A stretch of 64,000 nucleotides of DNA from Magnetococcales bacterium (GTDB lineage: Bacteria; Pseudomonadota; Magnetococcia; Magnetococcales; DC0425bin3). This document shows, in pieces, positions 35,683-43,964 of the stretch. The DNA lies in contig JADGBZ010000003.1 in assembly GCA_015231175.1 (NCBI GenBank), positions 26,463 through 90,462 of the forward strand, written 5' to 3'. The notes beneath the pieces were generated by a model that saw only the letters and a list, made by a program, of their open reading frames with translations, was not told the DNA's origin and searched no databases. The stretch's first letter is position 1. Every line of letters begins with the position of its first letter. The position numbers were made by a program, and so were the translations under genes.

Positions 35683-36852
35683 CTAGAATTGCTCGCCCCA
35701 TGTCCCATGTGTGATGGTTCCACCGCCGCCGCCGCCACCACCGCAAGAGATGCCCAAAGCCGTGACCGCAGCCGACGCAGCCGAATCATAGGTGATCTCA
35801 GTATTATTGCCGATAGCGACCTGGCCTCCGGAAATGACGGACCCCGTCAATTCCGTGTTGTTGCCAAGTTGAACCTGGGTGGCGCTGCCCGGAGCGTAGA
35901 CCACACCGGAGATATGGGCATTATTGCCGACCTGGAATGAGCCATAACTGTAAAACCCAAGATTGGCGACGTTTCCGCCATGGTTCAGATTGGCATTGTT
36001 GCCGATATCTGCCTGGATGTTCACAAATATCTTGACGACACCGCTCGGGGTCACGACCAGGTTGTTGTTGTTGCCAAATTGTATCCGGGCAGCATGATAC
36101 GTTCCCGGCGCCATGTTGACGGTCACATTGTTGCCAAGGGTAAGATTGTTCATGTAGTAGGCGCCTTCGGAGGTGTTGAACGTCAGCGTCCCGTTATTCC
36201 CAATGGTGATGTCATGATAATTTCCTGCTCCCAAGGGCCCGCCGCTTTTGTTGCCATCGGCCAGGGTGCTGGCCACGTATGTTGGCAACGCCGTCAGGGA
36301 GACCGACGCCGATTGCCGGGCGCCGCTGGCATCCAGGACGTTGCAGGTTCCCCCGCCGCAACTCGACACGCTGTGACTGTTGACCTCCGTATTGTTGCCT
36401 ACACTCAGATTGTTATTGTTCCTGCCGACGACGGCGTAGGAACACCCGGCGCTGGAACCACAGCTCAAACTGGGAAAATTTGTGATGCGGCGGCTACCCG
36501 TGGCCACAGAAGAAACAGACCAGGTGTTGGGAGCGCCCGTGGGGTGAAACGTCACCGAAAACACCCCCTGGCCGGATATGGTTTGGGTGATTACAACATC
36601 GTTGCCATTCATGGCCTTTCCGGCCAACAAGGTCGGGTCACAGTTGCTCGCCTTCAACTGGGCGAGAACGGATTGGGCGCCAGCCTCGGCCAGGTTGAAG
36701 GCCCGGTCGCCTGCCGTGTTTTCTGACTCCGCAGTTTTGCTGGATTGGTACATCCTGGATAGGACGATGCCTGCGGTTCCCAACACCGCAATCAGAATGA
36801 TCGCCGTTACGGCCATGGATCCTTGCTGCTGCAATCTTGATTGCCCAGACAT
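35683..36852 (-). CDS. PilX/MshP-like pilus protein, paralog 1 (N-terminal membrane anchor + GNN-repeat beta-rich region)
   Basis: QQQGSMAVTAIILIAVLGTAGIVLSRMYQSS is a PilX_N/MshP-type N-terminus. GNN-containing repeats recur (LGNNVTV, FGNNNNLVV, IGNNANL, VGNNAHI, LGNNTEL, IGNNTEI). C-terminal poly-G. Confidence 0.6.
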   Translation of the reverse strand: MSGQSRLQQQGSMAVTAIILIAVLGTAGIVLSRMYQSSKTAESENTAGDRAFNLAEAGAQSVLAQLKASNCDPTLLAGKAMNGNDVVITQTISGQGVFSVTFHPTGAPNTWSVSSVATGSRRITNFPSLSCGSSAGCSYAVVGRNNNNLSVGNNTEVNSHSVSSCGGGTCNVLDASGARQSASVSLTALPTYVASTLADGNKSGGPLGAGNYHDITIGNNGTLTFNTSEGAYYMNNLTLGNNVTVNMAPGTYHAARIQFGNNNNLVVTPSGVVKIFVNIQADIGNNANLNHGGNVANLGFYSYGSFQVGNNAHISGVVYAPGSATQVQLGNNTELTGSVISGGQVAIGNNTEITYDSAASAAVTALGISCGGGGGGGGTITHGTWGEQF

Positions 36853-36854
36853 AC

Positions 36855-37340
36855 CTAATTCCTCACGTACACAGCGGTCCGGAAGGGAACTGTGATGGTC
36901 GATCCACCCAATCCTCTCATGACCACCTGCATGGTAAAGTTGATGGTGACGAGGTTTTTTGTCGTGTCCCAGGTGAACTGGAGAGAGTTTTGCGCGACAT
37001 CTTCCACCAGGGCTACGGAGTTCATGAAGACGGTGGTGACCGGGCTGCCGGTCTGGTTCAAAAGAATGGTGGTACCCTGATCGTTGGTAAACTGGATGCT
37101 ACCGGAACCAGTCGGTTGGGTCACGCTGGCAGCAGTCGCGCTGCGCAACTCCCGAATGATCCTCTCCATGGCTGCCTTGGCTTTGGAAGGGAGGGGGTTC
37201 AAGTACATGTTGGCTGTATAGGCCGAGTAGACACCAGCCGTCATCCTTCCGGCCACACCCAGAAAGATTCCCATGATCGTGATGGTGATGACCATCTCGA
37301 TCAGGGTAAATCCGGTCTTTCCGCCGTGGTGTCGTGTCAT
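36855..37340 (-). CDS. prepilin-type minor pilin (MshO-like by position)
   Basis: MTRHHGGKTGFTLIEMVITITIMGI carries the class III signal G/FTLIE. The track start at 37469 overlaps the upstream gene, so ATG 37340 is preferred. Confidence 0.6.
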   Translation of the reverse strand: MTRHHGGKTGFTLIEMVITITIMGIFLGVAGRMTAGVYSAYTANMYLNPLPSKAKAAMERIIRELRSATAASVTQPTGSGSIQFTNDQGTTILLNQTGSPVTTVFMNSVALVEDVAQNSLQFTWDTTKNLVTINFTMQVVMRGLGGSTITVPFRTAVYVRN

Positions 37341-37351
37341 GTTCGGCCCAA

Positions 37352-37816
37352 TCAAAAGTCGCTGATCATCGTCTGCGTCACACCAAGAATCGTTGTTTTT
37401 CCGTGAGCAAATACCCTGACATAGAGACACTTGTAACTTTCCGCAGTATAAACCCCCGTGCCGTTGCAAGTCAGGGTTGTCCCCACCAGAGATGCCCCTT
37501 CGATGACGACAGTCCGGTCAAAATTCAGGCTGGCGCCAATGTTGATATTGGATTCATTGGGATAATTGGCGGCAGTCACAGCGGTAAAGCCACCTCCGGC
37601 ATACTTTTCCGCCAGCATCTGTTCCAGGCGTTCCTGGGCCAGATATTGCGCCTGGAGCATCTCGCGACTGGATTTGGCGCCCACGGTAATCTGTAGGTAG
37701 AGGGGCACAACGGCCAACAGCCCAAGGGCCACCACAACAATGAACACGATCAACTCGATCAGAGTGAAACCGGTTTGCAAGCGCACCCAAGGTGAAGTGA
37801 AACGATCATTTTGCAT
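37352..37816 (-). CDS. prepilin-type minor pilin (MshD-like by position)
   Basis: MQNDRFTSPWVRLQTGFTLIELIVFIVVVALG. The ATG lies 1 nt after the upstream stop. Confidence 0.6.
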   Translation of the reverse strand: MQNDRFTSPWVRLQTGFTLIELIVFIVVVALGLLAVVPLYLQITVGAKSSREMLQAQYLAQERLEQMLAEKYAGGGFTAVTAANYPNESNINIGASLNFDRTVVIEGASLVGTTLTCNGTGVYTAESYKCLYVRVFAHGKTTILGVTQTMISDF

Positions 37817-37817
37817 A

Positions 37818-38246
37818 TCAGCGCACCAGACCTGTTGTGGCCACAACTTGAACCGTGCGCGTGCTCGTACCCATGGTCAGGGTGATGGTGACGCCTGCGT
37901 TGGGCTGGCCTCGCCCATCGAACGAGAGGGCGAAGTTTGTCAAGGTGACGCCGCTCAAGGTTGTGGTGCTCAGGGCGGTGCCAACCGGATTCCGGATTTG
38001 GTAGGTATCCGTGGCTGTGCTCTGGATGGAAAAGTCGCCGACACCCGTATTGGACATGGAGTAGGCCTGGGTCTGGCGGATATCCATGGCCAATTGGTCG
38101 GCCTTGCTGCGCAGTTCCATGGTGTTACCAGACATTCTGGTCATGACATGGACACTCAAAATACCAAGGACGACAATCACCATGATCAATTCGATCAGGG
38201 TAAAACCTGGTTCGGTACGGAGGTACTCCTTGCGGACGGATCCCAT
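37818..38246 (-). CDS. prepilin-type minor pilin (GspH/FimT-like; MshC-like by position)
   Basis: MGSVRKEYLRTEPGFTLIELIMVIVVLGIL. Confidence 0.65.
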   Translation of the reverse strand: MGSVRKEYLRTEPGFTLIELIMVIVVLGILSVHVMTRMSGNTMELRSKADQLAMDIRQTQAYSMSNTGVGDFSIQSTATDTYQIRNPVGTALSTTTLSGVTLTNFALSFDGRGQPNAGVTITLTMGTSTRTVQVVATTGLVR

Positions 38247-38496
38247 CGGACCCTCCTAACCTTTTGTCCCGTTCAACCCCACGACCGCACCGGGGCAGAC
38301 ACAAAAGCCGCTCCCTCCACCTTGCTTCCGAAAGGTGTCACCCGCCGACCCGGAGAGCGACCAACGGAGCAACCGAAACACCTCGATCAGCGCCCAATCC
38401 ATGGTTCGAACTTTCCTGGATAGCACACCAGATTCCGGCCAATCCATTCAAACCGGCAGGCAACAAGGCTAACCTGCCACACCAGTATGGACAATT

Positions 38497-38853
38497 TTAG
38501 TGCGCCGGAGTTCCGGTTATTCTGACACGAACGGAATCGCCGAGTCTGGCGCTGGTCAAGGCACAGGTCACAACTTCCCAGGGTGCAATCGGCTTCTCCT
38601 CCGCCACGAGGTCACTTGGTACGGTACGTGGGGGAAGGAGACTGGGCATCTGACTGCAATCGTGAACGGGCACGCATCGGGCGTTGCCATCGTTGCAACC
38701 CGAGGCATTGAGGAGATTGGCATCCTCGATGCGACGGGCCATCCCATGGAGCGTGGCCTCGCCACTGACATCCGCCTGGGATTTGAGGAAACCCCAAACG
38801 ACCAACACGAGCAAGGCAATCGAGAACAGCCCCACCAGAAAACCACGCGACAT
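38497..38853 (-). CDS. hypothetical membrane-anchored protein in the pilin sub-cluster (no E5 prepilin motif)
   Basis: MSRGFLVGLFSIALLVLVVWGF is a hydrophobic N-terminus, but the G-FTLIE processing motif is absent. Confidence 0.4.
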   Translation of the reverse strand: MSRGFLVGLFSIALLVLVVWGFLKSQADVSGEATLHGMARRIEDANLLNASGCNDGNARCVPVHDCSQMPSLLPPRTVPSDLVAEEKPIAPWEVVTCALTSARLGDSVRVRITGTPAH

Positions 38854-38967
38854 ATCAACACCACCTGAGAAAGGCGCACCCGCCAGGGAGAGTGGCGGGA
38901 CGAACGGGATCCCGCCCGGAGATGCCGAAATGGCACCTCCGGAGCGGTAACCCTTTCAGGGAGAAGC

Positions 38968-38988
38968 GAAAAGAGACCCTGCGGTCTC
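38968..38988 (-). terminator. weak hairpin terminator/attenuator downstream of the major pilin gene
   Basis: The minus strand reads GAGACC-GCAG-GGTCTC followed by TTTTC. The stem is short (6 bp). Confidence 0.4.
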
Positions 38989-39007
38989 CCTCAATTTACG
39001 ATGCCAA

Positions 39008-39424
39008 TCAGGGCGTACCCGTGATGGAAAAGGTAGTCGTCGCACTCGAAGTTGTATCCGTAAGAACGCAGGCCGCACTGGTTACCCCGCTGGCCACAGC
39101 CGCAGCGGTAATCGTGTAACCTGCCGGAAGCCCGCCCTGCAAAAGGTCTCCACCATCGGAGCAGTTGTCAACTGCGACACACTTGCCCCCAGCCGTGGTA
39201 AGGGTTGGATCCACGGCGCAGACGGAGACGTTGGTGCTGTTGCCGGAAGAGATGCCGCCCGCAACGCCGGCGAGGGCCGCTGTCCGGGCATTGGAAGAGA
39301 GGTTGGTGAACTTGGGCACGGCCACGGCGGCCAGAATACCCAGGATCACGATCACCATGATCAATTCGATCATCGTGAAACCGCCCATCCGGTCGAGAGG
39401 GAACGACTGCCTGTTGTTTTTCAT
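39008..39424 (-). CDS. mshA: type IVa major pilin (MshA-like)
   Basis: MKNNRQSFPLDRMGGFTMIELIMVIVILGILAAVAVPKF. 138 aa. Paired cysteines in the C-terminal half. GGAGA RBS. The track start at 39625 is too long. Confidence 0.75.
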   Translation of the reverse strand: MKNNRQSFPLDRMGGFTMIELIMVIVILGILAAVAVPKFTNLSSNARTAALAGVAGGISSGNSTNVSVCAVDPTLTTAGGKCVAVDNCSDGGDLLQGGLPAGYTITAAAVASGVTSAACVLTDTTSSATTTFSITGTP

Positions 39425-39646
39425 ATTGAATTCTCCATCTTGCAAAGTGAAGGCCGCAGCCCACGTTTCACTTGGCCCGCAGCATCGGAGCCCGCCGCAG
39501 CGGATAACCGAAAGCCAACCCGGACCCATATCCCCGACCGGACTACACAAACCCGGATGCAAGGGATACAACGACTCCCCCAGTCTAAACATAACGAGAA
39601 AAAAAATCCTCAAAAAAATAAACATTGCCCGGAAATTTTTTCAAAG

Positions 39647-39943
39647 TCAGCCGGATATCAAAAGCCGCATGGCAGCCGTTGGATCACGGGAAATCATGCG
39701 TAGAAGCGTACGCGCCGGTCCTGTGGGGGACGTACGGTGCTGTTCCCAATTTTGTAAGGTTTTCACCGGCACTCCGATGAGCCTGGCAAACTCGCTTTGG
39801 GATACGCCGACCCTGTTGCGAATGGATTTTGCCTCAACTTCGGGAAATTCCGTAACCCTGATCCCGTCCAATTTCTTTCCACTCATGTGCTCTCCCATGA
39901 TGTGAACACTTTCCAGGAGATCATGAAACGCTTCCTCATCCAT
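39647..39943 (-). CDS. XRE-family HTH protein resembling HigA-2-type antitoxins (no toxin partner found)
   Basis: 98 aa. EAKSIRNRVGVSQSEFARLIGVPVKTLQNWEQHRTSPTGPARTLLRMI. This matches the pattern I recall for short antitoxin-type HTH proteins. Confidence 0.7.
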   Translation of the reverse strand: MDEEAFHDLLESVHIMGEHMSGKKLDGIRVTEFPEVEAKSIRNRVGVSQSEFARLIGVPVKTLQNWEQHRTSPTGPARTLLRMISRDPTAAMRLLISG

Positions 39944-40024
39944 GGCGGATCACCTCTTGCATGGCTTCGGCCAATCGCCGGAGCTGGAACCGGAATGCAA
40001 GAGGAACGATCATGCGGCCACCTT

Positions 40025-40627
40025 TCAAAACCCCAACAGGAAAGTCAAGTGGTATCGCAAAAAATGCTGCAAGGTAAAAAGACTGCCAATGATCAAAAAC
40101 AGGGCGATGACCCTGGGATGGTGCAGGATCCACCCTGAGAGGGCGCCATGCCATTGCGTCAGCGTGATGCGCAACCCTCGAGTGGAGAAGCGCCGATTGG
40201 CCCACTCTTCGAAGGTACGCAACAGGCTGGGGCGAAGAAGCAGCAGGATGCCGACGGTCAAGGTGAAAAGGCCCGCCAGGCAGATAAAAACGACCACGCT
40301 TTCCCAGAGCCAGATCTGCACAGGGCCACCCGGTCCGGCCATGGGGGCCAGAGTCAGATCCTGCCCCAAAAACCCAACCAGCCGGGACAAAAAAATGGCC
40401 GAGGCCAAAAACACCAAGCCACCAAACAGGCGATGATGCCGGTAAAAAAAACGTTCCGTCCGGATGGACCGGGCCAGAGGCAGCAATAACTCCTTGGCCG
40501 GGCGGCGCAAGGTATGCCCGTAATCCGGCCTGAGTAACAACCCTATCCCAACCAGCATGCCCAGCAAACACCCCCCGGCCATCAGGAGACCCAACAGCCG
40601 CACCCCCAGCTCACCCAGAGCACTCAT
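40025..40627 (-). CDS. hypothetical polytopic membrane protein (in the position of mshF)
   Basis: About 4-5 hydrophobic segments. Preferred start is MSALGELG at 40627, because the track start at 40735 overlaps the upstream gene by 80 nt. Confidence 0.45.
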   Translation of the reverse strand: MSALGELGVRLLGLLMAGGCLLGMLVGIGLLLRPDYGHTLRRPAKELLLPLARSIRTERFFYRHHRLFGGLVFLASAIFLSRLVGFLGQDLTLAPMAGPGGPVQIWLWESVVVFICLAGLFTLTVGILLLLRPSLLRTFEEWANRRFSTRGLRITLTQWHGALSGWILHHPRVIALFLIIGSLFTLQHFLRYHLTFLLGF

Positions 40628-40655
40628 GGTCCCCACCCCGAATACTGGTTTTTGC

Positions 40656-41879
40656 TCATCCCTTCTGCATTGCCGCTGCGCCAAGATCCCACATGGGCAT
40701 GAAAATTCCCAGTGCCAACACGAGAACCAGAGCACCGATCACAAGAAGAAGTATGGGTTCGATGGCCGATGTCAAATTTTGCACATCATACTCCACCTCC
40801 CGTTCGTAGAACTCCGCCACCTCCTGCATCATTTCATCCATGGAGCCCGTCTCTTCCCCCACCGCCATCATTTGCAGGACAAGCGGCGTGAACAGTGCGC
40901 TGGCGAAAGCCGCCTGCACCATGCTCTCCCCGCGTTCGATCCCATCGCGTATTTCGTGGATCTTTTTCGCGACATATTCGTTATCCACTGCCTCCCCCAC
41001 GGCCACCAGGGTTTGCATGATCGGCAGGCCGGAACGGGAACCCATGGCAAAGGCCCGGGCAAAACGCGACAGGGTAGCCCGATTGATGATGGTTCCTACA
41101 AGAGGCATGTGCAACTTTTTTTGGTCCCACCACAATCGGCCACCGGGAGAGTTCACATAATATCGGATCCCCATCACCACCAGGATCATGGCAAGAAGGA
41201 TATAGACGGCATATTTCTCCGTGAATCCCGAAGCGCCCAGCAAGATGCGGGTAAAGATGGGCAACTCGGTATTAAACTGGGCAAACACCCCCTTGAAGGC
41301 TGGAATCACTTTATAAGTTACCACAAACATGGCGCCCACGATAGCCATGATGACAAAGATTGGGTAACGCAAGGCGCTCTTGATCCTTTTGCGCGTCTCC
41401 TTTTCGATCTCCATATACTGGTACAACTGCAAAAAAGACTCCTGCATCCGTCCGGTCTCCTCCCCCATCCGGACGATGCGCAGATAAAGCTGATTGAAAA
41501 TTTTTTGATGCTCGGCCATGGCTGCCGAAAGATCGCGCCCCGCCTGAAGATCCTCGATGATCTGGCGCATGGCTGCCTGAAATTTTTTGTTGTGGGTTCC
41601 TTCCGACAGCCCTTGAAAAGAGCGCACCAGGGAAACGCCGGATTTGGTCAAGGTGTACATTTGCCGGGAAAAAAGGATGAGCTCATTGACGCTGGGCCAC
41701 TCCTCCAGGAATGCAATCCGGATCTCGCCACCGCCTCCCTCGCTGACCTCATCGATCTCCAGAGGATCGATACCCCGGCTGACCAGCTGCTCGACCACAG
41801 CATCCGCCGAGGGGGCATGGAGATTTCCCTTGGTGACGGCGCCGCCGCTGCTGCGACCTTGATAACGGTAATTGGGCAT
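40656..41879 (-). CDS. mshG: type II secretion / type IV pilus platform protein (GspF/PilC family; MshG-like)
   Basis: 407 aa. Two GspF-type repeats, three TM segments, typical LSRFARAF and EEVAEFYE segments. Confidence 0.9.
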   Translation of the reverse strand: MPNYRYQGRSSGGAVTKGNLHAPSADAVVEQLVSRGIDPLEIDEVSEGGGGEIRIAFLEEWPSVNELILFSRQMYTLTKSGVSLVRSFQGLSEGTHNKKFQAAMRQIIEDLQAGRDLSAAMAEHQKIFNQLYLRIVRMGEETGRMQESFLQLYQYMEIEKETRKRIKSALRYPIFVIMAIVGAMFVVTYKVIPAFKGVFAQFNTELPIFTRILLGASGFTEKYAVYILLAMILVVMGIRYYVNSPGGRLWWDQKKLHMPLVGTIINRATLSRFARAFAMGSRSGLPIMQTLVAVGEAVDNEYVAKKIHEIRDGIERGESMVQAAFASALFTPLVLQMMAVGEETGSMDEMMQEVAEFYEREVEYDVQNLTSAIEPILLLVIGALVLVLALGIFMPMWDLGAAAMQKG

Positions 41880-41885
41880 GTTCGA

Positions 41886-43850
41886 CTATGCGCTCTCGGT
41901 CGCCACTTCGGCTTTCTCGTCCTTGTCCTCGTCATCTTCACTGCTGAACTCCGTGGTCAACCGCATCACCTCTTCCATGGTGGTGACCCCCTTGATGGCA
42001 TAATTCAGAGCAGCCATGTGAAGGGGAACATACCCCTTCTGCTTTTTCGCCGCTTCGATGAACCCCGCCGTATCATCGCGACTCAGGGCCGAAACCAGGG
42101 CTCCCTTGACCTCCAGCATTTCAATGATTGCAATTCGCCCTCGATATCCGGAATTGTTGCACTGGGTACACCCCTGCCCCTTGACCAACGGCGGTAAATG
42201 ACCATCCTGGGTTTGCAGGAGCCCCTGCAACAAGACCCGTTCATGTTCCTCCAGTTCATAGGGATGGGCACAATCTTTGCACACGCGCCGCACCAGGCGT
42301 TGGGCCAGGATGCACCGCAAAGCCGAAGCCACCGCAAAGCTCTCCACTCCCATATCCACCAGGCGAATGGCCGTGCTGACGGCGTCGTTGGTGTGGAGGG
42401 TGGACAAAACCAGATGCCCCGTCAAGGCGGCGCGAATGGCAATCTCCGAGGTTTCCTTGTCGCGCATCTCCCCCACCAGCACCACGTCCGGATCCTGCCG
42501 CAGGACGGTGCGCAAAACACTGGCAAAGGTCAACCCGATTTTGTGATGGATCTGGACCTGGTTGATCCGGGGCAAACGATATTCCACCGGATCCTCAACG
42601 GTGATGATCTTGCGACCCGGATCGTTCAACGCATTGAGCGCCCCATACAGGGTGGTGGTTTTGCCACTACCGGTCGGACCGGTGACCAGGATCAGACCGT
42701 GCGGTCGATGAATGAAATAAAGAAAACGCTTGAGCAGGTTCTCTTCCATGCCCACCATGCCCAGGTTCAGGCTGTCCCCGGACTGATCCAGCAACCGCAT
42801 CACCACCGATTCACCATCCTGAATCGGCAAGGTGGAGAGACGCACATCCACGCTCCGATCCTTGACCGTCATATTGAAGCGGCCATCTTGCGGCAAACGT
42901 TTTTCGGCAATCTCCAGCCCCGCCATCAATTTGAGCTTGGAAACCAACGCCGGGGCAATCTGCTTCTCCTTGACGATCTGTTCGTGCAGAACACCGTCAA
43001 TCCTTTGGCGAATGCGCAATACCTCCTCATCCGGCTCGATGTGGATATCCGAAGCGCCAACCTGCAAGGCGTCCTCGAACAGAGATTGGAGAATCTTGAC
43101 CACCGGCGCATCGACCGCCATCTCCGACTGGACGATCTGGTCGAGGCTGAAGGCCGCAGACTTCTGCATCTCCTCGCCCAACGCCTCGGCATGTTCTTGG
43201 ATCTCCTCCGTGCGACGAAACACCCGGTCCATGGTGCGCAACAGGTCCGTTTCGCTCACCATGGCCAAGCGAGGAGGACGCTTCAACAACCGGGTTAATT
43301 CATCAAAAATAAAAATGTCCGCAGGATCGGCCATGCCCACCAGCAGGCCATCCTTGTTTTCGGCCAGGGCAATGGCCCGAAAGCGTCGGGCGTAACTCTC
43401 GGGAATTTTTTGGATGATTTCCGGCACAAACTGAAAATTGCGCAAATCGACGAACGGGAGATCCAACTGTTTGGAGAGAAACTCCAAAAATCGGGTCTCG
43501 CTGAGAATCCCCAGATAGGCCAGGGTCTGCCCCAGCTTCTTGCCGCTCTTCTTTTGCTCGGCCAGGGCCTTTTGCAGCTGCTCTTCGTTGATCAACCCCT
43601 GGGCGACCAGGGTGTCGCCAATCCTGACCTTGCGCCGCTGCTGGGCCAAAAACCGTTGCAATTTCTCTTCGGTGACCAGCTTAAGGTCAAGCAACGCCTG
43701 ACCAATCTTGCAGTCCACCTCTTTTTGATAAGCCAGGGCCTTCATCAGCTGCTCTTCGGTGATGATCTGGTTTTGTACCAGAAGATCACCCAAGCGCAGC
43801 TTTTTTTTGGCCTGGGGTTGCTCCGTCTTGGCTTGTTGCCCTTGTTCCAT
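41886..43850 (-). CDS. mshE: type IV pilus assembly ATPase (GspE family; MshE-like) with tandem MshEN-type N-terminal modules
   Basis: 654 aa. Walker A GPTGSGKTTTL, Asp/His boxes, tetracysteine CKDC...CTQC. The N-terminus holds four 24-aa RLGxxLVxxGxIxxxxLxxALxxQ-type motifs. Confidence 0.9.
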   Translation of the reverse strand: MEQGQQAKTEQPQAKKKLRLGDLLVQNQIITEEQLMKALAYQKEVDCKIGQALLDLKLVTEEKLQRFLAQQRRKVRIGDTLVAQGLINEEQLQKALAEQKKSGKKLGQTLAYLGILSETRFLEFLSKQLDLPFVDLRNFQFVPEIIQKIPESYARRFRAIALAENKDGLLVGMADPADIFIFDELTRLLKRPPRLAMVSETDLLRTMDRVFRRTEEIQEHAEALGEEMQKSAAFSLDQIVQSEMAVDAPVVKILQSLFEDALQVGASDIHIEPDEEVLRIRQRIDGVLHEQIVKEKQIAPALVSKLKLMAGLEIAEKRLPQDGRFNMTVKDRSVDVRLSTLPIQDGESVVMRLLDQSGDSLNLGMVGMEENLLKRFLYFIHRPHGLILVTGPTGSGKTTTLYGALNALNDPGRKIITVEDPVEYRLPRINQVQIHHKIGLTFASVLRTVLRQDPDVVLVGEMRDKETSEIAIRAALTGHLVLSTLHTNDAVSTAIRLVDMGVESFAVASALRCILAQRLVRRVCKDCAHPYELEEHERVLLQGLLQTQDGHLPPLVKGQGCTQCNNSGYRGRIAIIEMLEVKGALVSALSRDDTAGFIEAAKKQKGYVPLHMAALNYAIKGVTTMEEVMRLTTEFSSEDDEDKDEKAEVATESA

Positions 43851-43964
43851 GTCGTTTCACCAGAGTCAACGCAACGTCACCCCCCCCCAGACCCAAAAAA
43901 TCCCCGTCCAATCCTGCCTTTCCACCAAACTTTCGCCAAATGGTACCGGCCCGGACGCTGCCAC

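Noticed and set aside
39441-39456. Sigma-54-like element (minus strand GGCCTTCACTTTGCA, correct GG-N10-GC spacing) in front of the major pilin gene
   Set aside because: The predicted transcription start would fall about 6 nt before the ATG and inside the RBS, leaving no usable leader. The -24 half is GGCC rather than GGCA. Kept only as a note because type IV pilin genes are often sigma-54 dependent.
39943-40627. Toxin partner for the HigA-like HTH gene (including the 211-aa ORF at 39936-40571)
   Set aside because: The 211-aa ORF is an alternative frame of the polytopic membrane protein gene and has no RelE/HigB-like features. No roughly 100-aa ORF fits in the 82-nt gap.
40557-42197. 546-aa plus-strand ORF
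   Set aside because: Antisense to the GspF-family platform gene and the 3' end of the GspE ATPase gene. No recognisable domain and a His/Gly/Arg-rich composition.
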